In this document: in pieces, positions 19,536 through 30,351 of the stretch
How the letters are laid out: every line of letters begins with the position of its first letter
Position numbering within the stretch: position 1 is the first letter of the stretch
DNA from: Nitrospirales bacterium
Lineage (GTDB): Bacteria > Nitrospirota > Nitrospiria > Nitrospirales > UBA8639
Length of the DNA: 64,000 nucleotides
Assembly (NCBI GenBank): GCA_963422365.1
Contig: OY729426.1
Location: forward strand, 2,240,001 to 2,304,000
Direction of reading: 5' to 3'
The notes under the pieces: generated by a model
The model's database searches: none
Seen by the model: only the letters and a program-made list of their open reading frames with translations
What the model was told of the DNA's origin: nothing
Program-made: the position numbers and the translations under genes

Positions 19536-20900
19536 ATGTCTCCCGATATCATTTACGTCATCGTTCAAAAGATATGGTGGTTTTTAGTGGTGCTGGGTGT
19601 CCTCGTGACCTTTCATGAGTCTGGACACTTTATCGTGGCGCGTTGGGCAGGGGTAAAAGTCCTGAAATTTTCCTTAGGCTTTGGGCCAAAAGTGATCAGT
19701 CGTCAAGTCGGGGATACCGAATATCTCCTCTCGGCCATTCCCCTTGGTGGATACGTCAAAATGTTCGGAGAAGACATTGGCGAGACCGTCTCTCCAGAAG
19801 AACGGGAACGATCGTTTGCGCACAAACCCTTATGGAAACGTACCCTCATTGTGGCGGCAGGGCCAGGGTTCAATTTTTTCTTAAGCTACCTGATTTTTTC
19901 GGCCTGGCTGGCCGTGGGGTCTCCCCTGCCCATCCCAACCTTTGACGAGATCTTACCCACGATCGATGCCATCAGAGCAGACTCACCGGCCAGCCAAACC
20001 GGTCTTCAAGTCGGCGACCGGATTACAAGAATTGATGAACAAGAGATAACCACGAAAAATGACGTCTATGCCGCCATTGCCGAAAGCAGTGGGCGTTCGC
20101 TCACAGTAGAAGTTCGTCGAGGCGACACACTGAAAACGTTCCCCCTCACCCCTGAACTCTACGACCCGGACGACATCGAGCAACCAATCTATCTCATTGG
20201 CATCGAAGAAGCGGCTCCCATCGTGACGTCCGTCATGCCGGATATGCCCGCTGCCAAAGCAGGATTAGAGGAAGGAGATCGCATCCTTGAGATTCAAGGG
20301 GATCCGATTCAGACCTGGTCACAGATGACCAAAATTATCAGGGCCCATCCGAATGTCCCCCTCACGATGCAGGTTGAGCGTGAAGGCGCACCTCTCACGT
20401 TAACGATCATTCCCGAGCCCCATGAATTCACGGACAAGGGAACAAGCACCACGATTGGCAAAATCGGCATCATGGGGTCAGGACGATCGGTTCTCCGCGC
20501 GTCCTCACCTCTCATGGCCATGATTCAGGGGGTGAAAGCCACGTGGGGATGGTCCCAACTCACCGTCGTCGGCATCTACAAAATGTTGACGGGAGAAATA
20601 TCCTCCAAAAATATCGGGGGGCCTATCATGATTGCCAGTGCCTCCGGTACGGCTGCCGAACGAGGCCTCCCTGACATGATGTTTTTCGTGGCCATTTTGA
20701 GTATCAACCTGGGCATTCTGAATTTATTGCCTATTCCAATCTTAGACGGCGGCCATCTTTTCTTCTTTGCCTGTGAAGCGATTTTAGGCCGTCCGCTTGC
20801 CGAACGACAACGAGAATTTACCCAACAAGTGGGAATCGTGCTGCTTTTTGGGATTATGATTTTTGCGTTTTTCAACGACATCCAACGATTGCTTCAATAA
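19536..20900 (+). CDS. rseP: RIP metalloprotease with two PDZ domains
   Basis: HESGH, AIPLGGYVKM, NLLPIPILDGG. Confidence 0.96.
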   Translation: MSPDIIYVIVQKIWWFLVVLGVLVTFHESGHFIVARWAGVKVLKFSLGFGPKVISRQVGDTEYLLSAIPLGGYVKMFGEDIGETVSPEERERSFAHKPLWKRTLIVAAGPGFNFFLSYLIFSAWLAVGSPLPIPTFDEILPTIDAIRADSPASQTGLQVGDRITRIDEQEITTKNDVYAAIAESSGRSLTVEVRRGDTLKTFPLTPELYDPDDIEQPIYLIGIEEAAPIVTSVMPDMPAAKAGLEEGDRILEIQGDPIQTWSQMTKIIRAHPNVPLTMQVEREGAPLTLTIIPEPHEFTDKGTSTTIGKIGIMGSGRSVLRASSPLMAMIQGVKATWGWSQLTVVGIYKMLTGEISSKNIGGPIMIASASGTAAERGLPDMMFFVAILSINLGILNLLPIPILDGGHLFFFACEAILGRPLAERQREFTQQVGIVLLFGIMIFAFFNDIQRLLQ

Positions 20901-20996
20901 TCCTGAAATCCTATCCTCCACCTTCATTATTCATGAACCGGCTAGCACCTGAGACCACCACCCCGACTTCTGCTCTAGAAAAGGATCACCCCTCTT

Positions 20997-22718
20997 ATGC
21001 GGACGAGCCAACTGTTCATTCCGACACTTCGTCAGACCCCCAGTGAAGCTGAAGTCATCAGTCACCGGCTCATGTTGCGCGCCGGCATGATTCGAAAAGT
21101 TGCAGCCGGGATCTACACCTATCTCCCGCTGGGCCTGCGGGTCCTCAAAAAAATTGAATGTATTATTCGCCAAGAGATGAATCGTACCGGTGCGCAGGAA
21201 CTCTTGATGCCGATCCTTTCTCCCGCTGAGCTGTGGCGTGAAACAGGACGCTGGGATTTTTACGGGAAGGAATTACTTCGATGCCAAGATCGGCATGACC
21301 GCGATTTTTGCTTCGGCCCCACACATGAAGAAGTCATCACCGACCTCTTTCGCCGTGAGATACGGTCCTATCGTCAACTCCCCATGAACTGCTACCAAAT
21401 TCAAACCAAATTCCGCGATGAAATCCGCCCTCGCTTCGGCTTGATGCGCGGACGGGAATTTATCATGAAGGACGCCTACAGTTTCGATGCCAATCTGGAG
21501 AGTGCACGTCTCAGCTATCAAAAAATGTATGACGCCTACGAACAAATTTTCACACGATGCGGGCTTCATTTCCGTGCAGTCGAAGCAGACAATGGGATGA
21601 TTGGCGGCAGCATGTCACATGAATTTATGGTGTTGGCTGCTACGGGGGAAGAAACGATCGTGTATGACGAACATGGATCCTATGCCGCCAATGTTGAGCG
21701 AGCAGAAGTGCCGCCTCCCCCGGAAGAGAACGATGCGACGTCACTCCCTCTCGAAGCCGTGCACACCCCAGGGACAAAAACCGTCCAAGCCGTCTGTGCC
21801 TTTTTACAGATTTCGCCGGATCGACTTGTCAAAACCTTGCTCTACCAAACACCGACAAATGACATCATTGCGGTTTTGATTCGTGGCGATCACGAGGCGA
21901 ATGAAATCAAAATCAATCGTTTTTTAGAGACCACGGGAATAACGCTGGCGAGCATGGAAACCGTCAGCAACGTGTCGTCTGCCCCAGTAGGCTTTGCTGG
22001 TCCGGTTGGGCTCCGGGGTATCCGAATAGTCGCGGACCATGCGATCAAAGCCATGCGGAACTTCGTGGTCGGGGGGAATAAGCATGATACCCACCTGATA
22101 AATGCAAACTGGGAGCGAGACTTTACCGTCGAGGCGTTTCTTGACTTGCGCCAAGCCCAAGCCGGCGACCCCTCCCCCAGAAGTGATACCCGTTTACAAG
22201 AGGCCAAAGGCATTGAAGTGGGTCACGTCTTCTTATTGGGGACCAAGTATAGCGAAACCATGCATGCGACGTTCCTGGATCCGGAAGGACAAGAAACATC
22301 AGCCATTATGGGATGTTATGGCATTGGGGTGAGCCGAACCGCCGCCGCGGCAATTGAACAAAATCATGATAGCAAGGGTATGGTGTGGCCCGTGCCCATT
22401 GCGCCCTTTCATATTCATTTGTTGCCGGTGACAGCCTCGGAGCAGGTGCGTAAAACCGTCGGCAGGCTGTATGATTCGTGCATTGAAGCAGGCTTGGAAG
22501 TTTTATGGGACGACCGCGATGAGCGTGCAGGGGTGAAATTTAACGACGCGGACTTGATTGGGGCACCCTTTCATCTCACCATTGGCGATAAGGGCTTGGC
22601 ACAAGGCATACTCGAATTAAAACAGCGCAACACCGGAAAAGTAGTTCAACTACGGCCAACCGAGGTGCTTTCCCACGTGAAAGACCTGCTCTCCTCCTAT
22701 GATCTTCCGCATGGGTGA
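20997..22718 (+). CDS. proS: proline--tRNA ligase with editing domain
   Basis: GPTHEE, FRDEIRPRFGLMRGREF, GIEVGHVF, MGCYGIG. Confidence 0.98.
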   Translation: MRTSQLFIPTLRQTPSEAEVISHRLMLRAGMIRKVAAGIYTYLPLGLRVLKKIECIIRQEMNRTGAQELLMPILSPAELWRETGRWDFYGKELLRCQDRHDRDFCFGPTHEEVITDLFRREIRSYRQLPMNCYQIQTKFRDEIRPRFGLMRGREFIMKDAYSFDANLESARLSYQKMYDAYEQIFTRCGLHFRAVEADNGMIGGSMSHEFMVLAATGEETIVYDEHGSYAANVERAEVPPPPEENDATSLPLEAVHTPGTKTVQAVCAFLQISPDRLVKTLLYQTPTNDIIAVLIRGDHEANEIKINRFLETTGITLASMETVSNVSSAPVGFAGPVGLRGIRIVADHAIKAMRNFVVGGNKHDTHLINANWERDFTVEAFLDLRQAQAGDPSPRSDTRLQEAKGIEVGHVFLLGTKYSETMHATFLDPEGQETSAIMGCYGIGVSRTAAAAIEQNHDSKGMVWPVPIAPFHIHLLPVTASEQVRKTVGRLYDSCIEAGLEVLWDDRDERAGVKFNDADLIGAPFHLTIGDKGLAQGILELKQRNTGKVVQLRPTEVLSHVKDLLSSYDLPHG

Positions 22719-22881
22719 CGAGCCTCACCCTCAATGAGGAGAAGGCTTTCGCTTTCATAGGGAAGACGTGTAGGGCCGGCTCTCATGCGGCCTTCGTGCT
22801 TTGAATTGACAAAAGAAAGAACTGAATGATAGTTTGGACTTGATTAAGCGAAGCAGTGTAGGAATTGAGCAGCCTGTAGGT

Positions 22882-23337
22882 ATGATGACTCAAATGGATG
22901 TTCGGGGACTTTTGTTTGACCCCTATAATAATGCCTATATTATCATCCTTCGGGACGAACAAAACTCCGACTTGCTTCCGATTTGGGTTGGGAAATCCGA
23001 AGCAAGTGCCATCAGTTTTGCTTTGGAGAATATTTCCCCACCCCGTCCCATGACGCATGATTTGATGAAATCGATTTTGGACAATGTCGAGGCCAAAGTT
23101 TTAAGCGCCGTCGTCACTGACCTAAAAGAGAATACGTACTATGCCAAGATCCATCTATGGTATGGTGACTCAGAATACTCTATTGATTCAAGGCCCAGTG
23201 ACGCGATTGCACTGGCTTTGCGTGCCGAAGCCCCAATTTTTACCAGAGAGGAAGTCCTTCAAAAACAGAGTTCCGAGGAATTGGAGCGGTGGCTAGAAAA
23301 TTTAAAACCTGAAGATTTCGGCAAATTCGAGACCTAG
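22882..23337 (+). CDS. bifunctional nuclease family protein (DUF151), copy 1
   Basis: [28 protein letters not shown]. Confidence 0.92.
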   Translation: MMTQMDVRGLLFDPYNNAYIIILRDEQNSDLLPIWVGKSEASAISFALENISPPRPMTHDLMKSILDNVEAKVLSAVVTDLKENTYYAKIHLWYGDSEYSIDSRPSDAIALALRAEAPIFTREEVLQKQSSEELERWLENLKPEDFGKFET

Positions 23338-23393
23338 TGTTTAAGAACATGTTCTCGACTTTCTTGTAAACTGACCCATTGACATCCCTCACA

Positions 23394-23876
23394 ATGTCCA
23401 TGAATGTAGAACAAAATATCGACCTCATCCCGTTAAAAGTTCATGAAGTCCTTGTTGATCCCAATACGGATACCCAGATTGTAATCCTCCGGGATGAAAT
23501 CAATGCCGATGTCCTTCCAATTTGGGTAGGCACGGCTGAGGGCACCTCGATTCGTCTAGCGTTGGAGGATGTCATTCCGCCTAGACCGATGAGTCATGAT
23601 TTAATGACAAGTCTCTCGACCCATCTCGGCATGAAGATTACCCAAGTCGTGGTGACGGATGTCCAAAACAACACCTACTATGCCACGGTTCACGTCTCTT
23701 TGAATGAACTCGAACTAACGGTAGATGCTCGGCCAAGCGATGCCATTGCCCTGGCCCTAAGAGCCAAGTGTCCGATTTACGTAACACAAGAGGTCCTCAA
23801 GAGACAATCTGGTGATAATTTAGAGGCTTGGCTGGCTAAACTCGATCCCAAAGAATTTGGCCAATCCGAAACCTGA
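23394..23876 (+). CDS. bifunctional nuclease family protein (DUF151), copy 2
   Basis: [26 protein letters not shown]. Confidence 0.92.
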   Translation: MSMNVEQNIDLIPLKVHEVLVDPNTDTQIVILRDEINADVLPIWVGTAEGTSIRLALEDVIPPRPMSHDLMTSLSTHLGMKITQVVVTDVQNNTYYATVHVSLNELELTVDARPSDAIALALRAKCPIYVTQEVLKRQSGDNLEAWLAKLDPKEFGQSET

Positions 23877-23904
23877 TCTCAAACTAGAACATGGAGAATT
23901 TCTG

Positions 23905-24330
23905 ATGCGTACCTTCCAAGCAAAACCCCATGAGATCGATAGAAAATGGTATATTCTTGACGCCAAAGGGATTCCACTCGGTCGGTTGGCCACTCAAGCC
24001 GCCACACTTCTCCGCGGCAAGCATAAACCGACGTTTACGCCCCACGTCGATACAGGGGACCATGTCATTGTGATCAATGCCGAAGAGATTCGACTGACCG
24101 GAAAAAAGTTACAGGAGAAAACATATTATCATCACACCGGATATCCCGGTGGGCTGAAATCCATGACTGCCGAACGGCTCTTGAAAAAAACCCCCACGGA
24201 AATCGTGTCCAAAGCCATTCAAGGCATGCTTCCGCATAGTCCGTTAGGGAAAAAAATGGCGAAAAAGTTGCGAATCTATGTTGGGACGGATCACCCACAT
24301 GTCGCACAATGTCCAGAGCCCTGGTTATAA
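23905..24330 (+). CDS. rplM: 50S ribosomal protein L13
   Basis: [29 protein letters not shown]. Confidence 0.98.
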   Translation: MRTFQAKPHEIDRKWYILDAKGIPLGRLATQAATLLRGKHKPTFTPHVDTGDHVIVINAEEIRLTGKKLQEKTYYHHTGYPGGLKSMTAERLLKKTPTEIVSKAIQGMLPHSPLGKKMAKKLRIYVGTDHPHVAQCPEPWL

Positions 24331-24383
24331 AAATAGCATCTGCGTGTTTTACACATCATGTTTTAGAAGAAAGGCTCTTACCG

Positions 24384-24776
24384 ATGGCAAGTCAACGTCA
24401 TTATGCGACCGGAAAACGCAAATATGCGATCGCACGCGCCTGGGTCGAACCAGGCCCTCCGGAAATTACAGTCAATGGCCGAACACTTGAACATTACTTT
24501 ACCCTTCTTTCACAGCGCACTCAGGTAGAATCTCCCCTTGAAGTGACCAACACGATGGGGCAATTTCGCATTACAGCCTCGATTTGCGGTGGCGGCGGAA
24601 CCGGACAAGCTGGAGCTCTACGCCACGCGATTGCCAAAGCCTTGATGCAAGTGAACCCTGACTTTCGTGAGGCTCTTAAGAAAGACGGGTTACTGACACG
24701 TGACCCCCGTGTGAAAGAAAGAAAAAAATACGGGCAAAAAGGCGCACGAAGCCGATTTCAATATTCCAAGCGTTAA
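24384..24776 (+). CDS. rpsI: 30S ribosomal protein S9
   Basis: TGKRK, GGG..GQAGA, LTRDPRVKERKKYG, QYSKR. Confidence 0.98.
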   Translation: MASQRHYATGKRKYAIARAWVEPGPPEITVNGRTLEHYFTLLSQRTQVESPLEVTNTMGQFRITASICGGGGTGQAGALRHAIAKALMQVNPDFREALKKDGLLTRDPRVKERKKYGQKGARSRFQYSKR

Positions 24777-24790
24777 GCGCGCAGACGCTC

Positions 24791-24848
24791 AGGAAGAAGA
24801 CGAAAAAAGGGAAGGCATCGAAGCCTTCCCTTTTTTCGTCTTCTTCCT
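24791..24848 (+). terminator. perfect 26-bp inverted repeat containing an intrinsic (probably bidirectional) terminator
   Basis: AGGAAGAAGACGAAAAAAGGGAAGGC-ATCGAA-GCCTTCCCTTTTTTCGTCTTCTTCCT; GC core flanked by A6 and T6. Confidence 0.85.
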
Positions 24849-24874
24849 TTCTGACAAGTCGCAATGCATAATCA

Positions 24875-25951
24875 ATGCGGAAATCTCGATTAAAGGCGGC
24901 TGTCCTGGGAGCCAGTGGGTATACGGGTGGTGAACTTCTTCGCCTGTTAAGCTGTCACCCCCATATAACTCTCACTACCGTGACAGCAGACAAATCAGTT
25001 GGGCTTCTGGTCACTTCCCTTTTCCCACACCTCGACACGTTTCATGGGCTTCGTTTTGAGCCGCTGCGCATCAAGTCCATCCTGAAAAAAGTCGATCTGG
25101 TGTTTGCAGCGCTCCCGCATACGAAATCCATGGAACCGGTGACTGAATGCGTCCAAACCAAGAAACCTGTGATCGACCTGAGCGCCGACTTTCGTCTTAT
25201 GCAGGCCGAAACATATGAACACTGGTATGGCGCACCCCATACGTCACCTGCACTACTGAAAAAGGCAGTATACGGCCTGCCGGAACTGCACAGGGCACAG
25301 ATCCGGCAGGCTCAACTGGTTGCCGTGCCTGGCTGCTATCCAACAGCAGCCATTCTGCAATTGGCTCCATTGCTGGCCCATCAGATCATCCAAACAGACA
25401 CCATTGTTGTTGATTCGAAATCCGGCATTTCAGGAGCAGGCAGAAACCCAGCCTTGCCCTATCATTTTCCGGAAGCTCATGACTCGATGACGGCCTACAA
25501 CATTGCCCAACACCGTCACACCCCGGAAATCGAGCAAGAACTGGAACGTCTTGTTAATAAAAAAGGTTCTCAACGAAAATGGTCGACTGTGAAAATTGTG
25601 TTTACTCCTCATTTAACCCCGATGAATCGCGGCCTCCTGAGTACGGCCTACGCCAAACTCCGGGAACCAATAACAGACGACATGCTCACAACGCTGTACA
25701 AAGGTTTTTATACAAACGAACGATTTATCAGAATTCGAGAAGAATCAAACTCAATCACTCCCAACTACGTTCGAGGGTCGAATTTCTGCGATATCGGAGC
25801 TTTTGTGGATCGACGAACAAACCACGTCATCACCGTGTCGGCCCTGGATAATTTGGTCAAAGGGGCGGCCGGCCAAGCCATCCAATCCATGAATGTGATG
25901 ATGGGATTTCCCGAAGAGACCGCTTTGACATCTCCTGGTATTTTTCCTTAG
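24875..25951 (+). CDS. argC: N-acetyl-gamma-glutamyl-phosphate reductase
   Basis: GASGYTG, IDLSADFR, PGCYPT, SGISGAG, HRHTPEI, DNLVKGAAGQA. Confidence 0.97.
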   Translation: MRKSRLKAAVLGASGYTGGELLRLLSCHPHITLTTVTADKSVGLLVTSLFPHLDTFHGLRFEPLRIKSILKKVDLVFAALPHTKSMEPVTECVQTKKPVIDLSADFRLMQAETYEHWYGAPHTSPALLKKAVYGLPELHRAQIRQAQLVAVPGCYPTAAILQLAPLLAHQIIQTDTIVVDSKSGISGAGRNPALPYHFPEAHDSMTAYNIAQHRHTPEIEQELERLVNKKGSQRKWSTVKIVFTPHLTPMNRGLLSTAYAKLREPITDDMLTTLYKGFYTNERFIRIREESNSITPNYVRGSNFCDIGAFVDRRTNHVITVSALDNLVKGAAGQAIQSMNVMMGFPEETALTSPGIFP

Positions 25952-25999
25952 GCTGAGATCAACCATAACCGCGGCCCTCACCCATCGTCCGTCTTCCTT

Positions 26000-27211
26000 G
26001 TGAACAGAAAAAAAATCAACAGTGGCGTCACTGCCCCAATCGGCTTTCTTGCTGCCGGGATTCATGCAGGCCTCAAACCGTCGCCCCTGTTAGATCTCGC
26101 CCTTTTGACCTCCACGCACCCTGGGGTCATAGCGGGAGTCTTCACGCAAAATCGAATCATGGCGGCTCCAGTCCTTTTGGGTCGACGTCAACTCAAAAAA
26201 CACAGCGGACAAGCCATTCTTGTCAATAGTGGAAACGCGAATGCGTTGACAGGTCCGCAAGGGATAACGGATGCCCTGGAAATGCGGAAACTCGTGTCGA
26301 CAGCATTACGCCTTCCTGCACATTCAGTATTTGTGGGATCAACAGGAGTCATAAGCCGCCCCTTGCCGATGCCCACCATCCGTCAAGCCGTCCCGCCTCT
26401 CATTCATCTCCTGAGCCGATCCGGTCATACGCAAGCCGCACAAGCCATTATGACGACGGATACCAAACATAAAGAAATCGCTTTTCACGCCAAAATAGGG
26501 CAGCGGATTCTTACGATAGGAGGCATGGCCAAAGGCTCAGGAATGATTCATCCTCATATGGCCACCATGTTAGCCTATCTCACCACTGACGCCTTGATTA
26601 CCCCACAGGCGCTTCAAGCCGCGTTGACTCAAGCCGTCAACGAAACCTTTAATTGCATCTCTGTCGATGGAGATACCAGCACGAATGATACGGTTTTATG
26701 CCTCGCCAATGGACGAGCCGGCAATCCGACCATTCAGATGGGCACACCCCAATGGGAAAAATTTTATGCCCTTCTTTACGAAGCCTGCCTGTCGCTTTCG
26801 CTTCAAATTTGCCGGGATGGAGAAGGGGCTACCAAAATCGTAGAGATTATCGTCCGCGGAACAAAGAGCAATCACGAAGCGAAGAAGATTGCTCAAACCA
26901 TTGCAACTTCGTTGTTGGTGAAAACCGCCGTCTTTGGAGAAGACCCCAACTGGGGTCGCATCGTGGCTGCTGCTGGCAGGGCTGGAGTGAACTTTAATCC
27001 TTCCAAGCTTTCATTACAATTCGACGCAACTCGAGTGGTGGACAATGGCCAAGCTGTTAGAGGCCAGACAACCCGACAGGCGCAACGGATTATGCAAAAA
27101 AAAGAATATGTCATGACGCTCTCACTAGGAAATAGACCAGGTTCCGCCAGACTCTGGACGACCGATCTTTCCTACGATTACGTTAAAATCAACGCCTCCT
27201 ATACAACCTAG
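26000..27211 (+). CDS. argJ: ornithine acetyltransferase
   Basis: NSGNANA, IMTTDT, KGSGMIHPHMATML, DGDTSTND, RDGEGA. Confidence 0.97.
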   Translation: MNRKKINSGVTAPIGFLAAGIHAGLKPSPLLDLALLTSTHPGVIAGVFTQNRIMAAPVLLGRRQLKKHSGQAILVNSGNANALTGPQGITDALEMRKLVSTALRLPAHSVFVGSTGVISRPLPMPTIRQAVPPLIHLLSRSGHTQAAQAIMTTDTKHKEIAFHAKIGQRILTIGGMAKGSGMIHPHMATMLAYLTTDALITPQALQAALTQAVNETFNCISVDGDTSTNDTVLCLANGRAGNPTIQMGTPQWEKFYALLYEACLSLSLQICRDGEGATKIVEIIVRGTKSNHEAKKIAQTIATSLLVKTAVFGEDPNWGRIVAAAGRAGVNFNPSKLSLQFDATRVVDNGQAVRGQTTRQAQRIMQKKEYVMTLSLGNRPGSARLWTTDLSYDYVKINASYTT

Positions 27212-27429
27212 CCCATCTTTGTGTTGCACCCAAATCAATCATTGTTTCAAACAGTTCAGGAAGACACTGCCGTCAGATACCATTCCACGTACTTCGCTTA
27301 CATAGAACAACAGCAACCCGCAAGGTCCATTCAATCACATCAGGTTGAAACTGTTGAAAGAAACGTCCAATATCAAAAATGTTACAAATGTCTTGGAACG
27401 GTCTGAACCGTCACATCTCTCTGTCAAAA

Positions 27430-28125
27430 ATGAACCCATTGATTCCTTCACAACTACGGCTGATCCATCAAGGCCTGAGCGCTCTTTTCGTCCTAGCCCT
27501 GCTCCCCGGCTGTACGATCATAGAAACGACCTATGATGTTGTCGCCGGAACCGTCAAAGGGGTCTATAAACTGACCACCGGGACTGCCAAGGTTATCTAC
27601 CATATTGGGAAATTTACTTTTCAGGTCGTTCAGGCCCCGTTCAACTGGCCCCTGACTCATGATGAGATCGAAACGATCGATGGGTTACCGGTCAAAGAAG
27701 CCATTCGACAAGGTCGCGTCAAATGGGCCCCCTATGTGGTGAGAGGCAAACGCTACGTACCGATGAATGTGAGGCAAGCACAACGATATGAAGAAACAGG
27801 TATCGCGTCATGGTATGGGAAAGAAACCCTGCAGAAAAAAGGGGGGCATATGACCGCAAATGGCGAAGCGTTTGATCCTCTGGGCTTAACAGCCGCACAC
27901 AAATACCTGCCGTTACCGATCAATGTCAAAGTGACGAACCTGGAAAACGGTCGATCGGTTATTGTCCGGGTCAATGATCGTGGTCCATTCCCCAGCTCCA
28001 ATAACCCAAACTCCGGAACACGCATTATCGACTTGAGTTATGGATCTGCCCAAAAACTTGGATTCCACAAAAAGGGATTAGCCAGAGTCCACGTCAAAGT
28101 CATCCCTGTCAATGTCGGAACCTAA
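27430..28125 (+). CDS. rlpA: RlpA-family lytic transglycosylase lipoprotein (DPBB domain, no SPOR domain)
   Basis: Lipobox LLPGC, GIASWYG, TANGE, TAAHK.LP, VRVNDRGP, RIIDLS. Confidence 0.88.
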   Translation: MNPLIPSQLRLIHQGLSALFVLALLPGCTIIETTYDVVAGTVKGVYKLTTGTAKVIYHIGKFTFQVVQAPFNWPLTHDEIETIDGLPVKEAIRQGRVKWAPYVVRGKRYVPMNVRQAQRYEETGIASWYGKETLQKKGGHMTANGEAFDPLGLTAAHKYLPLPINVKVTNLENGRSVIVRVNDRGPFPSSNNPNSGTRIIDLSYGSAQKLGFHKKGLARVHVKVIPVNVGT

Positions 28126-28780
28126 CACAGGTTGGGCATCGGCAAAATGATCAAAGGCGTGACGTTCGGCTTGGTGGGCTGGAACAAAACGATGACCCAT
28201 CGTTCCAAATATCGGCACCGCAAAAAAAGGGGGCAGCCAAGACTGTGGCTGAACCAGCAAATCCAGCCAGATAACTGATTCGGGCAGCCAGCAATCCGCC
28301 TTGGCTCCATGGGATCGTCGTAAGCCAAAATCCATAACGGGTTTGCCGGCAGCGGCGAGCACGAATCGGGTGTCTTTGGATGCAATCAACATCTGATCGA
28401 TTCACGAACCGGGTCTCGATGAATTGCGCTTGGGGCAACGGGGCCGTAACTCGAACAATCGGGTATTCACAAAAAATACCGTACCTTCAGGGATAGCATG
28501 AAGATCCACGGCAAACCGAAACTGTTTCAGATATTCGACAAAGGAACGACTACACCGCCCACTATGAGCCACCCACCCCAACTCACTCGGGTGAAACGGA
28601 CATTCTCTGAAAATTCCAGAAGTTGTGCCAACCCCGCAGCCACGAAAAATCACCGTTGCGGGGGCATCGTCCTCACAGAATATTCAAAGATTGCGGTGTC
28701 TTCTCTGCCCTGTTCGAGATAGCCTTGAAGCATGGTGAGTTGATAGAGGTCTGTTCATCAAACACTTGATCAAATATCCA
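28122..28780 (-). pseudogene. pncB: nicotinate phosphoribosyltransferase, N-terminal remnant with stops and frameshifts
   Basis: Manual translation across frames gives TDLYQLTMLQGY, FFVAAGL, AIPEGTVFF, APLPQAQFIET, DFGLRRSHG, AARISYLAGF, GTMGH. Contains an in-frame TGA and several frame changes; the C-terminal half is missing. Confidence 0.9.
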
Positions 28781-28801
28781 TGCCAAATGATCCACTCAAC
28801 A

Positions 28802-29158
28802 TCAGCAGGATTCGTCTCGGGACTCGAGCGCTTTACACGATCCCAACACGGTCATGAATATGATCCCTTGACGCGCGGCTTTTCGGCTACGATACCGTAA
28901 ACATCGGGAGACAGGATGCGTCAATCTCTCCCGGGCAACGACGGGTGAGGGTTCCATGGGCATCTCTCGCATCCCCACAGTCACCTCTTCGGACGGTACA
29001 TACCCGGACTCTAGAGAAGGCAGAAATTCATCGCGGGTATTGAATTCTTCTCGGGATTGTGAATATTGCTCAATTTGCTGACGCACCCAACTACCGATTG
29101 AGGCAACAAACCAAACCAAGAGCACGATTCCAAGAAAGACAAATGCTTCGATATTCAT
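28802..29158 (-). CDS. small membrane-anchored protein downstream of floA (YqfB-like position)
   Basis: N-terminal TM helix; C-terminal ARQGIIFMTVLG pattern; SD GAGG. Confidence 0.65.
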   Translation of the reverse strand: MNIEAFVFLGIVLLVWFVASIGSWVRQQIEQYSQSREEFNTRDEFLPSLESGYVPSEEVTVGMREMPMEPSPVVARERLTHPVSRCLRYRSRKAARQGIIFMTVLGSCKALESRDESC

Positions 29159-29186
29159 CCCATGACCTCACGTGGTTGCCGCGGTT

Positions 29187-30146
29187 TCAGGATTGCTCTT
29201 CATCATGCCCAATGGCCTCCCTCATGGCAGTATCGGCTTGCACATTCTTCATTCGATAATAATCCATAAGCCCGATATTGCCTTTCCGAAAAGCCTCGGC
29301 CATGGCACGAGGCACTTCCGCTTCGGCCTCGATCACCAGGGCTTGCATTTCCTGTTCCAACGCCACGGCCATGGCCCGACGTTCTTCGGCCTTGGCCTGG
29401 GCAATTTGCTTGTCGGCATTGGCCTGGTCAATTTGCAACTTCGCACCAATATTTTCGCCGACGTCTACGTCTGCGATATCAATGGATAAAATCTCAAAAG
29501 CGGTACCGGCATCCAACCCTTTTTGGAGAATATGTTTCGAGATTTCATCAGGGTTTTCCAACACATCCTTGTGCGTGTTCGACGAGCCAATGGTGCTCAC
29601 CATGCCTTCACCCACTCTGGCAATAACCGTCTCTTCCCCGGCGCCACCGACAAGCCGATCAATGTTCGCTCGAACGGTGACCCGGGACACGGCAATCAGT
29701 TGAATGCCATCTTTCGCCACCGCCGTAATTCTCGGGGTTTCAATCACCTTCGGCAGGACAGACATTTGTACGGCTTCCAACACGTCACGACCCGCAAGAT
29801 CAATAGCCGCGGCACGCTTGAAGGGCATGGGGATATTCGCTCGATTCGCAGAAATCATCGCATTCGCCACTTTCCCGACATCGCCGCCGGCAAGGAAATG
29901 CGCTTCGAGATCATTGATCGGGATCTCCAAGCCAGCCTTCACCGCGCTGATCCGCGCCGTGACCACGGTGCTGGGCGGCACTCGGCGAAGACGCATGCCG
30001 ATCAGCGTCAGAAGCCCCACATACGCATTCGAAGCCCAAGCCGCAATCCATAACGGAATGGGAATCAGGTACAAAAACCCTGCCAAGGCAATGCTCACGA
30101 CTAACACAATAGCGAGGGTGCCAAAGACCTGCATTTCTGCGCCCAT
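29187..30146 (-). CDS. floA: flotillin-like protein FloA (UPF0365/YqfA)
   Basis: [53 protein letters not shown]. Confidence 0.93.
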   Translation of the reverse strand: MGAEMQVFGTLAIVLVVSIALAGFLYLIPIPLWIAAWASNAYVGLLTLIGMRLRRVPPSTVVTARISAVKAGLEIPINDLEAHFLAGGDVGKVANAMISANRANIPMPFKRAAAIDLAGRDVLEAVQMSVLPKVIETPRITAVAKDGIQLIAVSRVTVRANIDRLVGGAGEETVIARVGEGMVSTIGSSNTHKDVLENPDEISKHILQKGLDAGTAFEILSIDIADVDVGENIGAKLQIDQANADKQIAQAKAEERRAMAVALEQEMQALVIEAEAEVPRAMAEAFRKGNIGLMDYYRMKNVQADTAMREAIGHDEEQS

Positions 30147-30351
30147 GAAGACCCCCTCCTTTCAGCCTATGTGAACTGGGGAAACGAATACCGGAACCCT
30201 ACCACAAATGGAGAAGGAATGGCTCAAAATTCAGAGCCTCTTCAAGTTTTGCTGGTCAAGAGAGAAGACGAACAGGAGGGAAATCGCGGTGTGGTTAAAA
30301 AGCAGGTTACCTCTTGAACAAAGGCACTTCGCCATCATCGGAAAAGAACGA

